Shown here one piece after another: positions 52,545 through 62,357 of a stretch of 64,000 nucleotides of DNA (positions within the stretch are counted from its first letter, which is position 1; each line of letters starts with the position of its first letter). The DNA lies in IMG/VR virus record IMGVR_UViG_3300033144_003548; one strand, 5' to 3'. Source of the stretch: a virus. The position numbers and the translations under genes were made by a program. The notes below the pieces were generated by a model that worked only from the letters and a program-made list of their open reading frames with translations, did not search any database and was not told where the DNA came from.

Positions 52545-54259
52545 TGGTAAATGAAGTTGAAGTCCCCAATATGAATGGCAATGGGGTAGAGGGTTACGCT
52601 GGTATTGAACGTGAGATAATCGAACTTATCCTGCAAAGAAAGTTCTTTTATGGGCATTTCCTACAGCAGTTTAAGCGGCATAATGTTGACCATAAGCACG
52701 CTGACCCTTCTGCGGGCAAGGTAGTTCATACTCTTGCGGTAAACATTACCAGCGACCTTAAACCTAATTTGTTTGTCAACACAAGCTTTTATAATTCTGG
52801 CGATTACGACCCTGACAATCCAAATAAGCATACGTGGGGGTTGACGCAGGACGAGAAGCTTGCCTTGCTTGAACACGAAATTCTCCATATGCTGAATAAA
52901 CACTTAATCCGAATCGAGAATCGAGACAGTTATGTCTGGAATGTGGCTACCGATTTAGCGATAAATCAGTATATTAAAGGATTACCCGATGGTGCTAGAT
53001 GTCCAGATTGTAACATATTCGTAAGGAAGATTGCTGGTGGGCAGTTTCCACATACTTGTCCCTTGTGCAAGAGACAACTTGACCCAAATAAGCACAAATG
53101 TCAGCCTCTTCAAATTAAAGGGTTTGATGTTGGTGCTGAAAAAATGAGTCTTGACGCAAACAATCCATCTGAGAGTTACTACGATATACTTTGGAAAAAG
53201 CTGCCAAAGCAGGTTATTCTTTGTGGTCGTGGTATGACCGACCAGCGAGAAAAAGAGGCTAGGGATGGGTTGAAGGATAGTGGTGGTATGGGGCAAGGTC
53301 AAGGTGAAAGTGAGGGTCAATCTTCTGGCAGTTCTGGTGGTTCTGGTGGACAACAGCAACAGCAAGCTGGTGGTGGCAGTGGTCAGCAACCACAAGATAA
53401 TGATGGTCAGGGTAAAGACGAGAAAAAACAAGAAGCTAAAGAGGAAGAGGGCAAATCAGGTGATAGTCGGAGAGATCTTGGCAGCGGTATAATTGAAATT
53501 GATGGGATGAAAGTCCCAATAGCCATAGACAACCACGAAGCTTGGCAGGCAGGAGCGGACAATAAAGAGATGGCTCACCAAAAGGTCAAGGATATGGTTG
53601 AAAAAGCTATGCACCGAGTTAATCAGAAATCTCAAGGGCATCTTCCTGATTATGTGAGAGGGCTGATTGATGCGGTTCTTGCTCATAAGACTGTAAACTG
53701 GAAATCTGAATTGAGGAAATTCGTAGGCTACGAGGAGTTTGCTCAGTTTATTTCAAGCAGAAAACGAATTAACAGACGCTTCCCCATCGTGCAGCCAGGT
53801 TACGTAGTGCAGAGAAAGGCACATTTTGTGGTAGCAGTTGATAGTTCGGGGTCTATTGATGATGAGGAATTTGCGAAATTCTTCAAAGAGATAAGTATTA
53901 TGCACGCAGCCAAACTTGCGTTGACTTATGTGGAGTGCGATGCGGATATTCAAAAGGTTGAGGAGTATAAAAGAAAGCCTAAGCTTGCACAACACGAAAG
54001 GATTGGTTACGGCGGGACTGACTTTAGACCAGTGTTCGAGTTTGTCAAGAAGCGTTACTGGAAAAATGGTGCTGGTAAAGAGTTCAAGCTGAAAGGCAAT
54101 AAGAAAGTAGATGGTATTATTTACTTAACTGATGGGATGGGTAGTTATCCTTCACCGAGAGATATAATCTGCCCTGTAATTTGGGTAATGACACCTAATC
54201 ACTCTGATTACGGGTGGAGTGAGAAAATCGGCAAGAAAATAGTGATGGAAGATGACTAA
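52544..54259 (+). CDS. HExxH metallopeptidase-like plus VWA-like protein (DUF2201 type)
   Basis: HEILH, WNVATDLAIN, VDSSGS MIDAS, GGTDF, YLTDG; inserted CPDC..CPLC; G/S/Q-rich linker. Confidence 0.85.
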   Translation: MVNEVEVPNMNGNGVEGYAGIEREIIELILQRKFFYGHFLQQFKRHNVDHKHADPSAGKVVHTLAVNITSDLKPNLFVNTSFYNSGDYDPDNPNKHTWGLTQDEKLALLEHEILHMLNKHLIRIENRDSYVWNVATDLAINQYIKGLPDGARCPDCNIFVRKIAGGQFPHTCPLCKRQLDPNKHKCQPLQIKGFDVGAEKMSLDANNPSESYYDILWKKLPKQVILCGRGMTDQREKEARDGLKDSGGMGQGQGESEGQSSGSSGGSGGQQQQQAGGGSGQQPQDNDGQGKDEKKQEAKEEEGKSGDSRRDLGSGIIEIDGMKVPIAIDNHEAWQAGADNKEMAHQKVKDMVEKAMHRVNQKSQGHLPDYVRGLIDAVLAHKTVNWKSELRKFVGYEEFAQFISSRKRINRRFPIVQPGYVVQRKAHFVVAVDSSGSIDDEEFAKFFKEISIMHAAKLALTYVECDADIQKVEEYKRKPKLAQHERIGYGGTDFRPVFEFVKKRYWKNGAGKEFKLKGNKKVDGIIYLTDGMGSYPSPRDIICPVIWVMTPNHSDYGWSEKIGKKIVMEDD

Positions 54260-54728
54260 ACGAGAAGCCCTAATCGCTGAAGCAAACCAAGCTGAAGAAG
54301 AAGCTCTTGCCATTCGTCACGAAATGTCTGCTCTTCTTGGAAAAGGTTATACGCCCAAATACAAAGAACTTCAAGAGGCATATAATATTCTGCGGAGAAA
54401 AGCATTATGCTTAAAATCCCAAGCTCAGGCAGTGCTTCCAGTGCAGATTGAAGGATTTCTTGGCGAAGAAGTTGAGGAAGTTGACCACGATGAACACGGT
54501 AGGACAATGGAGATTGGGTGGTGGCTAGGTTGTCCTAATGTCAACCGAGAAACTTATTTCTCACCAAAGCTACAATATTCTTTTGAGAACGATATATCTG
54601 AAATACTCAAGCTCAATGCTGGAAAGTATTTGAGAGTTACCATAGAGGCAATTGATGTTGGGAGCAGGGGTAAGTGCGAAACCTGTCCTGATAGGTTCAA
54701 ATGCTATACAATGGAGTGGAAATTTTGA
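54252..54728 (+). CDS. Cys-module protein
   Basis: C-terminal CETCPDRFKCYT. Confidence 0.7.
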   Translation: MTKREALIAEANQAEEEALAIRHEMSALLGKGYTPKYKELQEAYNILRRKALCLKSQAQAVLPVQIEGFLGEEVEEVDHDEHGRTMEIGWWLGCPNVNRETYFSPKLQYSFENDISEILKLNAGKYLRVTIEAIDVGSRGKCETCPDRFKCYTMEWKF

Positions 54729-55252
54729 TGGGTAAGCCAGCATTTTTGTTTGGAGAGAGAATAAAAGATGATGATGAGAAACCTCAGAAGAAGGTGGCTC
54801 ATCGGATTGGTTATTGCGTCAATTGTGGCTGGGTTCACTCAGAAATCAGGAGAGTGAGGGTTGAAGAAGAAACTTCGAGGGGCAGAATAGCCGTCATCAA
54901 ACCTCTGTGCGTAAAGTGTATTAGAGAACAAGAACATCAGGTAATATGTGACCTGTGTGGCAGGACAAAATGCGATAATTTGTATCCAGTTTCGGTTATA
55001 CGCAGAGTTATAGGAAAGGGTCAAACTTGCAACTTATTCTTACACCTCTGTGCCGAATGTCGTAAAATACCTCACGAAGAAATTCTAAAGAGATTAAATA
55101 TACCTGAAAATATGTGCGATACTTGTAAAGATAGATTTCTGTGTTTTACCAACAAAGGAAAACCACCTGTCCCATCAAGCCTTGAGAGAGGGATTCTCCA
55201 AGATGAAAAAACACAGTTCCATAAACGGAGAAGGAGGTTTCTCTGGCGATGA
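54728..55252 (+). CDS. Multi-Zn-finger Cys-module protein
   Basis: Four CxxC pairs plus CDTCKDRFLCFT. Confidence 0.7.
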   Translation: MGKPAFLFGERIKDDDEKPQKKVAHRIGYCVNCGWVHSEIRRVRVEEETSRGRIAVIKPLCVKCIREQEHQVICDLCGRTKCDNLYPVSVIRRVIGKGQTCNLFLHLCAECRKIPHEEILKRLNIPENMCDTCKDRFLCFTNKGKPPVPSSLERGILQDEKTQFHKRRRRFLWR

Positions 55253-55402
55253 ATGAAATAGAAATTTTATATGAAATGTTGGGGATATACAAGAAATACT
55301 TTAAGGCAGTTCTGGAAATGGGAACTATCAGTATGTCCCCGAAAGATGAACAGCGTCTAAAAGAACTTGAACAGGAACTAACCAGAATTAAGGGAGGCTA
55401 AA

Positions 55403-56444
55403 TTGGAACTCAAGTGCAATAATTGTGGAGCAATTGACCACGTTCTTGTTGATGGTTACTCTTTTGGTGATAGGTTGCTCGAAGGCGTAAACTTTGTTGT
55501 AAAAGACAAGGATGGGAAACCTAATGCTGTCAGGGTAACTGACGAGTGTGTGGAATATTTTGAGGACTTGAACAAAAAGAAGTGGCTGAAAATCTGCGAA
55601 GATTTCTGTCAAGACCTCGATATTGCTCAGTGTCCAAAGTGTGGCGATGATGTGGTCGTTTGGGGGAATCCTATAGTTACTGGTATCAAACCGCCCGCAC
55701 CGAGGGCGATTCCAATGATACGTGGTACTGATATTGCACAGATATTTAGAGGCAGGTAATGTGCGATTTTGAATTCAAGTTGAGGGTCTGATAGGAAAAA
55801 TGTTTGGAGGTCAGCCGTGATAGACGAGCTTATATCATCTTTTCCCGATACCAAATTTTACTGTCATAAGTGCGGGACAAGGCTTGAGCGTGGTGAAGTC
55901 TCTACTTATACTTACGGCTTCAACCGCTACACAGGCAAGAGAGAATACGGTTATTTCACTGAGTTCAGATGTCCTCACTGGAAGCGATTTCACGGGCATA
56001 CGAAAGGAATGGCAGTTCTAGCTAAGGAAAAGAACGGCACGTTGGAATGGTATGAGGACTTTTCCAGTGGGTGGTAGCCCGAAAACTTTCAAAAATTTGG
56101 CTCACAACATTTTGGTCGAGGCATTTTATGAAAAAACAAAAGGTTTTAGTTTGTAAATCTTGTGGGAGAGTATGGGAATATGATGAGGCTGATGCACATC
56201 GTGAATGCCCACGCTGTCTCAAGAAAGTGGTGGTAGAATACAGATGAAGAAAGTAATTATCGGCAAGTCGTATTCGGGTGACGAACTCGAAAAACTGCTT
56301 GGAGACACCAACGAAAGGCTCTTCGTTATAGGAAATGAGAAGGATGCGGTGGTAGCGGTTGACGAGGGCAACGATAACTACCAAGTCTTGGGTGTTTTGA
56401 AGCTCGACTTACAACCAAAAGGGATTGATGTCTATCTAAAATGA
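55403..56444 (+). CDS. Short hypothetical ORFs (55403-55759, 55817-56077, 56128-56247, 56244-56444)
   Basis: Mostly CxxC zinc ribbons, without the module. Confidence 0.5.
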
Positions 56445-56632
56445 GAAGAAGATTTGCCATCGTTGAGTATAAAGACGGCATTGATACTCTTGAGTGTAAT
56501 AAAGAATGTGAGGCTTGCTCAATGAGGTTCATTTGCTTTACTACTCAGCCTAGCGAATTGCTTCACGTGGATAGGGGAGTAAATCCCGAAATAATGAGAT
56601 GGACTTATATCGGGAGGCAGATAAAAATATGA
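56441..56632 (+). CDS. Cys-module peptide
   Basis: CNKECEACSMRFICFT. Confidence 0.7.
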   Translation: MRRRFAIVEYKDGIDTLECNKECEACSMRFICFTTQPSELLHVDRGVNPEIMRWTYIGRQIKI

Positions 56633-57018
56633 AGTATTACAATTTTGTAGCCGAGGTCCAGTCAAAGTCTAATCCTGACAAAACTTATACCGTGAAGATG
56701 CGTGATGATGGCTTGCTAACGTGCAATTGTCCTGCGTGGATATACAATATTCGTAGAGACAGAACTTGCAAGCACGTTGACGAGATAAAACGAGCAGGGT
56801 TCACGGCAGACGAGAAAGGGAAATTCATTACCTCAACTAATTCTTGGGGTGGTAAAGTTCCAGTATTTTGCAAAAACTACCCCGAAAAGTGTGATGATTG
56901 TCGCCTGCGTTTCCTGTGCTACACAGAGAGAAATCCAGAATTTACTATTGAACAGCTTCAGGAGGCTGGAGTTGAAGATGTCCAGCTTGTGGGCAAGCAA
57001 TATGGGAGACGATGGTGA
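56629..57018 (+). CDS. SWIM zinc-finger protein plus Cys module
   Basis: YTV...TCNCP...CKH, then CKNYPEKCDDCRLRFLCYT. Confidence 0.75.
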   Translation: MKYYNFVAEVQSKSNPDKTYTVKMRDDGLLTCNCPAWIYNIRRDRTCKHVDEIKRAGFTADEKGKFITSTNSWGGKVPVFCKNYPEKCDDCRLRFLCYTERNPEFTIEQLQEAGVEDVQLVGKQYGRRW

Positions 57019-57680
57019 AGAATAAAGAACTAGCAACTCTGTTTGCTCAGGGCGCTAAAAGAGGCAGAAGCAGTCATATGACCATTGAGGGTGATAGGAT
57101 TTACTCTTATGCTGCCTGTATTGCTATAAGGGATGAGGACAAGTTTATCATCAGCAATCGAAGCAAGTATCTTGGTGGCGGAACTTGTTCTAGAACTACC
57201 TCAGCCCATATCGGGTTCGTTTATGACGCTTGTAAGTATGAGGTAGGGATAGATAAGCTCTATCTTGTAGATGGTTGGGCAGAGAGAGGCAAACCTGAAT
57301 GGTTTATTCCCCCACCTTACAAATCAATGAAAGGTATCATACAAGGGTTTGCTAGTGGAATGTGTAGTGGGTGGGTTGGCAGTTGGGATAGAGCAACCAG
57401 AACTAAGCGAATAAAATGTGAAATTAAGGACAATAAATTGCACTCAGGCAAAGAGTTGATTGTAATCAGAGAATTCATAACATCAGATAATCGCTACGAA
57501 GTTTGTGAGATATGCCCGAAAAGGTTTGAGTGTTTAACAGAGAAACCAATGTTTAGTGAAACACACCGATGCCCGCACTACCTATTTTATATAGTGGAAC
57601 AAACAGAATATGAAAAGCTCGCTGAAAAGCTTCTCCAACCATACAGGTTAGTAGGAATAGAAGATGCCAGTAAACTTTGA
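57012..57680 (+). CDS. Cys-module protein
   Basis: CEICPKRFECLT. Confidence 0.7.
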   Translation: MVKNKELATLFAQGAKRGRSSHMTIEGDRIYSYAACIAIRDEDKFIISNRSKYLGGGTCSRTTSAHIGFVYDACKYEVGIDKLYLVDGWAERGKPEWFIPPPYKSMKGIIQGFASGMCSGWVGSWDRATRTKRIKCEIKDNKLHSGKELIVIREFITSDNRYEVCEICPKRFECLTEKPMFSETHRCPHYLFYIVEQTEYEKLAEKLLQPYRLVGIEDASKL

Positions 57681-58008
57681 AGTTGGGGAATTTGTCCAGT
57701 TAAAGAATGAGGAAACCCTCTGCCCCACACGTTATGGTAAAAAGGGTTGGACTGTAATACCGATAGGAAGCGGTGGAGTAGTTCTTGATAAGCAGAGAGT
57801 ATCCTATATGTTTGGTGGGCACTTTACAAGTGCGATACGCTATCAAATAGATTTTGTGGGTCTAGGTAAATTTTGGGCAAAACCTACAATGCTGGAAAGG
57901 GGCTGTGCGGATTGGGGTAATATAGAAATATGTAATACCTGCGTGAAACGGTTCAGATGTTTCACAACCAATGCAAGGAGAAAAAAAGTATGCCAGTCGC
58001 AAGGGTAA
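57664..58008 (+). CDS. SH3-like beta protein plus Cys module
   Basis: FEVGEFVQL..G..GVV pattern; CNTCVKRFRCFT. Confidence 0.65.
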   Translation: MPVNFEVGEFVQLKNEETLCPTRYGKKGWTVIPIGSGGVVLDKQRVSYMFGGHFTSAIRYQIDFVGLGKFWAKPTMLERGCADWGNIEICNTCVKRFRCFTTNARRKKVCQSQG

Positions 58009-58511
58009 GGAACATACCAAGCATACAAGAGGGTAGCGAAAAGAAAAAGTTCACTGTCAATGAAGCTGAAGCCGAAGAAGTCTATGAAATTGATACTGGT
58101 GAAGAAGTGATAGAGCGAGTTATCGCTAAGATGAAGAAATTTCGCAATTACCCACCAGCACAATTCACCTATCACGCCTTCGGTAACAGACGAAACAATT
58201 GGACAGTTGACAAAATTAAACCCATTATCGAATATGCTCGTAAACACCAACTTGAGGTTAGAGCGTGGGAAGTGGCAATGTCTGCTACTAATTTGGTTGT
58301 AGTAAAAGACCCTGACAACTCAGAGAATAGTGGTTGGGATTTATACCAATCTATGGAGGGCAAATTTGACAGCTACGGACTTGCCAGTTGGTATGAGTTC
58401 GATAAGTGGGGAGTTCCAGTCTATTGCGGAGAGGATACTCAGATTGAACCTTGTAAGCATATGGGAATTTGGGTCGGCAAATCTAAAGAGGATTGCGTGG
58501 TGCTCTGCTAA
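57990..58511 (+). CDS. Hypothetical protein
   Basis: Likely start MPVARV; no module. Confidence 0.55.
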   Translation: MPVARVRNIPSIQEGSEKKKFTVNEAEAEEVYEIDTGEEVIERVIAKMKKFRNYPPAQFTYHAFGNRRNNWTVDKIKPIIEYARKHQLEVRAWEVAMSATNLVVVKDPDNSENSGWDLYQSMEGKFDSYGLASWYEFDKWGVPVYCGEDTQIEPCKHMGIWVGKSKEDCVVLC

Positions 58512-58843
58512 TGACTACGTGGGCTATTAGCGAAGAAAGAAAACGCAAGCACTTAGTGAAGCTCAGAGCCTTTGAGGAGCTTAATGAGAATGAAAAGTGC
58601 CAGAAGCGAAGAAATCTGTGGTATCGCAGATGGCATCTACTGGCACGAGAAATAAAGAAACACCGTAGTAATCCCAAACGGATACTCGAACAAATGTATA
58701 GGCTGGTTGAGGAAATCGGTGGGCACGGGTATGCTTGGATAGCATATACCAGTGAACAGGATATGAGATTGGTAATTGAGGATTGCCTTGAACAAGATTG
58801 TGAGGAGTGTAAACACCGATTTCGGTGTTTTACTGAGAGGTAG
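58511..58843 (+). CDS. Cys-module protein
   Basis: C-terminal CLEQDCEECKHRFRCFTER. Confidence 0.7.
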   Translation: MTTWAISEERKRKHLVKLRAFEELNENEKCQKRRNLWYRRWHLLAREIKKHRSNPKRILEQMYRLVEEIGGHGYAWIAYTSEQDMRLVIEDCLEQDCEECKHRFRCFTER

Positions 58844-58929
58844 GCGGTGGTGTAAATTAACACACCCTTAGACAGAAGAATTATGCAAAGAACTTTATAA
58901 TTCTTTATACAATTCTTCCACTGGTCAGT

Positions 58930-59379
58930 ATGACTATTGGGTTGGGAGATACGGTTCAAATCCGTCCGCCATCTCTCAAGCTCTTGACTAAAAGTAAGGC
59001 ACGTGGTATAATGGTAGTTGGAATGGAAGATAATTATTTTGTTCCTGATTTAACGCAGTCTTTATTGGAGCTACGTGAAGCCCTATTAAAGACGGTGGAG
59101 GTAATCAACAAGATTACTAGCAAAAGTATAAGGCGTGGTGTTACTCTTGTAGAGACTGGAACAAATAAGATAAGTATTATCAAGATTATCAGAGAACATA
59201 CAAATTGGGGGTTGAGAGAGAGCAAAGATGCCTCAGAAATGACACCCACAACTTTTTATATCGCTAACGCTGAGGAAATGATAGCTAAGTTGAGGGCTGC
59301 GGGAGCTACAGCAACTATCTGTGATGGAGAATGTGACGACTGTAAGGACAAGTTTAAATGTTATACAAATGCTTGGTAA
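58930..59379 (+). CDS. Ribosomal protein bL12 (L7/L12) C-terminal-domain protein plus Cys module
   Basis: NKISIIKIIREHTNWGLRESKD...AEEMIAKLRAAGAT, then CDGECDDCKDKFKCYT. Confidence 0.75.
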   Translation: MTIGLGDTVQIRPPSLKLLTKSKARGIMVVGMEDNYFVPDLTQSLLELREALLKTVEVINKITSKSIRRGVTLVETGTNKISIIKIIREHTNWGLRESKDASEMTPTTFYIANAEEMIAKLRAAGATATICDGECDDCKDKFKCYTNAW

Positions 59380-59389
59380 GGAGGGAAAA

Positions 59390-59641
59390 ATGGACTTCAC
59401 AGACATCATAGCAGGTATTCTGGCTGGAATAGGAGCAGTAGCCGTAGTTCTTATAATTATGGCGATTGCGTTCTTTCCAATTTCAGCACTTGTTATGGTA
59501 GCGTGGAATTTAATTGCTTCAATCTTTGGAGCGGTTACCATTAGCTATCTGCAAGCGATGGGTGTTACTCTCGGATTGTGGTTCGTTGGTGGCATCTTCA
59601 AAAAGAATGAATGGGTTAAGTTCAACGCTAATCAGGATTGA
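59390..59641 (+). CDS. Small membrane protein
   Basis: Hydrophobic; resembles 48936-49277 (WN...SYLQA / WN...SFWLA). Confidence 0.55.
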   Translation: MDFTDIIAGILAGIGAVAVVLIIMAIAFFPISALVMVAWNLIASIFGAVTISYLQAMGVTLGLWFVGGIFKKNEWVKFNANQD

Positions 59642-59922
59642 GAATGAAGAAACTTCTGTTCTCCCATAATGGGGTAGAATATTACTTAAACGGGCATTCT
59701 AATCATCGGATGAAAGTTCGTAGGATTGCACCCGAAGATATTCGTGGTGTATTTGAGAATCCAATTCGAGAGGAGAATAGAGGATACGGCACGCTTATTG
59801 AAGGGTTTAATGAACAAGGTCAAATGATAAGAGTATTCTATCGGCAAAAACCAAAAGGATACCGTGAGATATTAACAACTGTAAGATGTGGGTGGGGAAA
59901 TAAAAATAGTGCTTTGGTTTAG
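59638..59922 (+). CDS. DUF4258-like (RelE-fold-like) protein
   Basis: H...RM..RRI..EDI..V...P, IRVFY, ILTT. Confidence 0.55.
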   Translation: MRMKKLLFSHNGVEYYLNGHSNHRMKVRRIAPEDIRGVFENPIREENRGYGTLIEGFNEQGQMIRVFYRQKPKGYREILTTVRCGWGNKNSALV

Positions 59923-60355
59923 CCATCAGACTCCTTTCATCCCCCGCCCACTGTTGGGGGTTATGGGCAAGAAAAAAGAAATTAAGTTGTGTGATGATTA
60001 CTCACACGACTGGTATAAGGTAGGTAAGTGCAAGGATGCTCTCGGTAAGCACCCCTGTAAATACTATCCAGAGGGCTGCAATACTTGTATGACTAGATTT
60101 GAGTGTTATACCAAAGATAATCCTGACCTCTATCGTAGCAGAATTTCAGGCATTTTCTATGCGTGTAAAAAATGTCCAGCAGTTAAAATAGAGGGAACTA
60201 TCACATCGTGGGAAACCGAGAAGATACACTCAAAATCCGAGAAAAGCAATATGGACTTACCCTTTGGCTTACTTGACATACGCAAAAGCACATTTTTTGG
60301 GTTAGAAAAAGATATAGCTGATAAATTAAGAAAGAAGTGGGGCAATGAAGTATAA
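59888..60355 (+). CDS. Cys-module protein with the module internal
   Basis: CKYYPEGCNTCMTRFECYT; start uncertain (possibly 59963). Confidence 0.65.
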   Translation: MGGEIKIVLWFSHQTPFIPRPLLGVMGKKKEIKLCDDYSHDWYKVGKCKDALGKHPCKYYPEGCNTCMTRFECYTKDNPDLYRSRISGIFYACKKCPAVKIEGTITSWETEKIHSKSEKSNMDLPFGLLDIRKSTFFGLEKDIADKLRKKWGNEV

Positions 60356-60514
60356 AGTTAGAGAAGTGGTTCGCCAAGAGTATATTTACGAAGTTGATGC
60401 CGAAACTTCTATGGAAGCAGAACTAAAAGTTAAGCGTGGTGAAGCTGGCACAGCTAAATATACTCACGAACTTAATCCTGAGTATAATGTTTATTCTCTC
60501 TTTAACGAGAAGAT

Positions 60515-60727
60515 ATGCTAAGGGCAACCAAATGCTATCGTTGTGGAATGGAAGTTTATGCTCAATACCGATGTGGAGAGCATTATCTATGTTCACAATG
60601 TGTAGCAAGTTCCAATCGGCAAACTGGAGCGGAGGCTATGGAAAGAGCAAAGTGTAGGAGCGAACAAATAAATTGGACTCACTGTGACCTGTGTTGGCAG
60701 CGGTTTATTTGTTGGACAGAAAGATGA
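60515..60727 (+). CDS. Zn finger plus Cys module
   Basis: CYRC..CSQC; CDLCWQRFICWTER. Confidence 0.7.
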   Translation: MLRATKCYRCGMEVYAQYRCGEHYLCSQCVASSNRQTGAEAMERAKCRSEQINWTHCDLCWQRFICWTER

Positions 60728-61050
60728 TAGTAGGGTTAAAGAAAAGGCAAGCAAGTAAAGAGTTTTACGAACTCGGTGTTTTGGATTATATAGGTGTCAA
60801 ATCGGAAATAATCACTTACTATAATACGAGAAAACCACACGTGGGGCGTAACTTTCGTAGGTCGTGGGCTGTAGTAAGAACATTTAATCCTGTGCGGAGA
60901 GGTAGGATTTATCAATGGGAGAGTGATTACATCTACACCCAACCACGTCTGATAAAGAAGATATGTGATGAAGTTGAGCCTGCTGCTTGTAGAAGTGAGA
61001 CTTGCCCATATCGGTTTAGATGTTTTACATCGAAGGTTAAGGATAGATAA
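60724..61050 (+). CDS. Protein with a variant Cys module
   Basis: CRSETCPYRFRCFT. Confidence 0.65.
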   Translation: MIVGLKKRQASKEFYELGVLDYIGVKSEIITYYNTRKPHVGRNFRRSWAVVRTFNPVRRGRIYQWESDYIYTQPRLIKKICDEVEPAACRSETCPYRFRCFTSKVKDR

Positions 61051-61946
61051 TGGCATATTTACACATAGATAACTTATATAAAGACCAGCAAATCTTGATG
61101 TTCAAAGAGTGCTATGCTATGGAGAAAATTCACGGCACATCGTCTCACATCTCCTACACTCCAGCAAAAGCATTACCTGCGGATGAAAACGTGGTTGTTC
61201 CTAGCCGAATAGCGTTCTTTGCGGGTGGTGGAAGTTATGAAGAATTTATCAAACTTTTCGATGCCGAAGCAATCAGAAAGAAATTAGATGAAATAACACC
61301 CACCAAACACGTTCACGTTTATGGTGAGTATTATGGTGGTAAGATACAGGGAATGAGCAAGACCTACGGAACTAAAATGCTCTTTGTAGCCTTCGAAGTC
61401 AAAATTGGTGACACGTGGCTGAATGTGCCCAAGGCAGAGGAATTCGTGAAGAGCTTAGGTCTTGAGTTCGTTCACTATACGAAGATACCTACCACTATCG
61501 AAGCAATAAATGCAGAACGTGATGCGGACAGTGTGCAGGCAATCCGAAATGGGATGGGTGAGGGACATATTAGAGAGGGAATTGTTTTGCGACCACTGGA
61601 AGAAGTTATGCTGAATAATGGGAAACGGGTGATTGCGAAACACAAACGGGATGAGTATCGGGAAACCAAAACACCTAGAGAAGTTAGCCCTGACAAGCTA
61701 AAGAAGATTGAAGAAGCTAAGGCAATCGCTAATGAGTGGGTCACTCGTGAAAGATTGAATCACATCTTGAATCGTGGTGAAGTTGAGGCTAAGATAGAGA
61801 ATACTGGTAAGGTCATCGCTTTGATGACCGAAGACATTCTCCGTGAGGCTGCGGGAGAGATAACTGACTCACCAGATGCACGTAAACATATTGGGAGAGA
61901 GACAGCGTTACTGTTTAAGGAATATCTAAAGGGGGATTTGGCGTGA
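61050..61946 (+). CDS. RNA ligase (Rnl2-like nucleotidyltransferase)
   Basis: EKIHGT, YGEYYG, FEV, EGIVLRP, AKHK. Confidence 0.8.
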   Translation: MAYLHIDNLYKDQQILMFKECYAMEKIHGTSSHISYTPAKALPADENVVVPSRIAFFAGGGSYEEFIKLFDAEAIRKKLDEITPTKHVHVYGEYYGGKIQGMSKTYGTKMLFVAFEVKIGDTWLNVPKAEEFVKSLGLEFVHYTKIPTTIEAINAERDADSVQAIRNGMGEGHIREGIVLRPLEEVMLNNGKRVIAKHKRDEYRETKTPREVSPDKLKKIEEAKAIANEWVTRERLNHILNRGEVEAKIENTGKVIALMTEDILREAAGEITDSPDARKHIGRETALLFKEYLKGDLA

Positions 61947-62357
61947 AAGTATATGTAATCGTAGGTGTCTATCAGGGAGTGATTAGTTCAGTTGCCGTCA
62001 GGTCAGACAGAGTAGAGGCAGAGGTAGCAAGGGTAGAGTTTGACAAGGAGTATGATATTGAACGAGATGCGGAGGGCTACCACGAGAACCCTGAGAATGA
62101 TGTGAGCCTTTACGAGTGCGAAGTTGATGGTGCAAACGGAGATTTAATCATCTAAGGAGCACAATGGAGATAAAACAAACGCCGACAAAAATAACCGACA
62201 ATCATTATACGCTCCAGGCGACTGCTGGAGAATTAATGGCATTGTGGAATGTACTAGATGCTAAACGTGATAGCTTAAATGCTGTGGAGTATGATTGTTG
62301 GGTGCAATTGAACCGACAGATAGAAATTATTGCTCCCAAGTTTGTAAAAGAAAGAGT

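Noticed and set aside
53280-53410. GGT/CAG-rich low-complexity DNA
   Set aside because: It encodes the ordinary Gly/Ser/Gln linker of DUF2201-type proteins.
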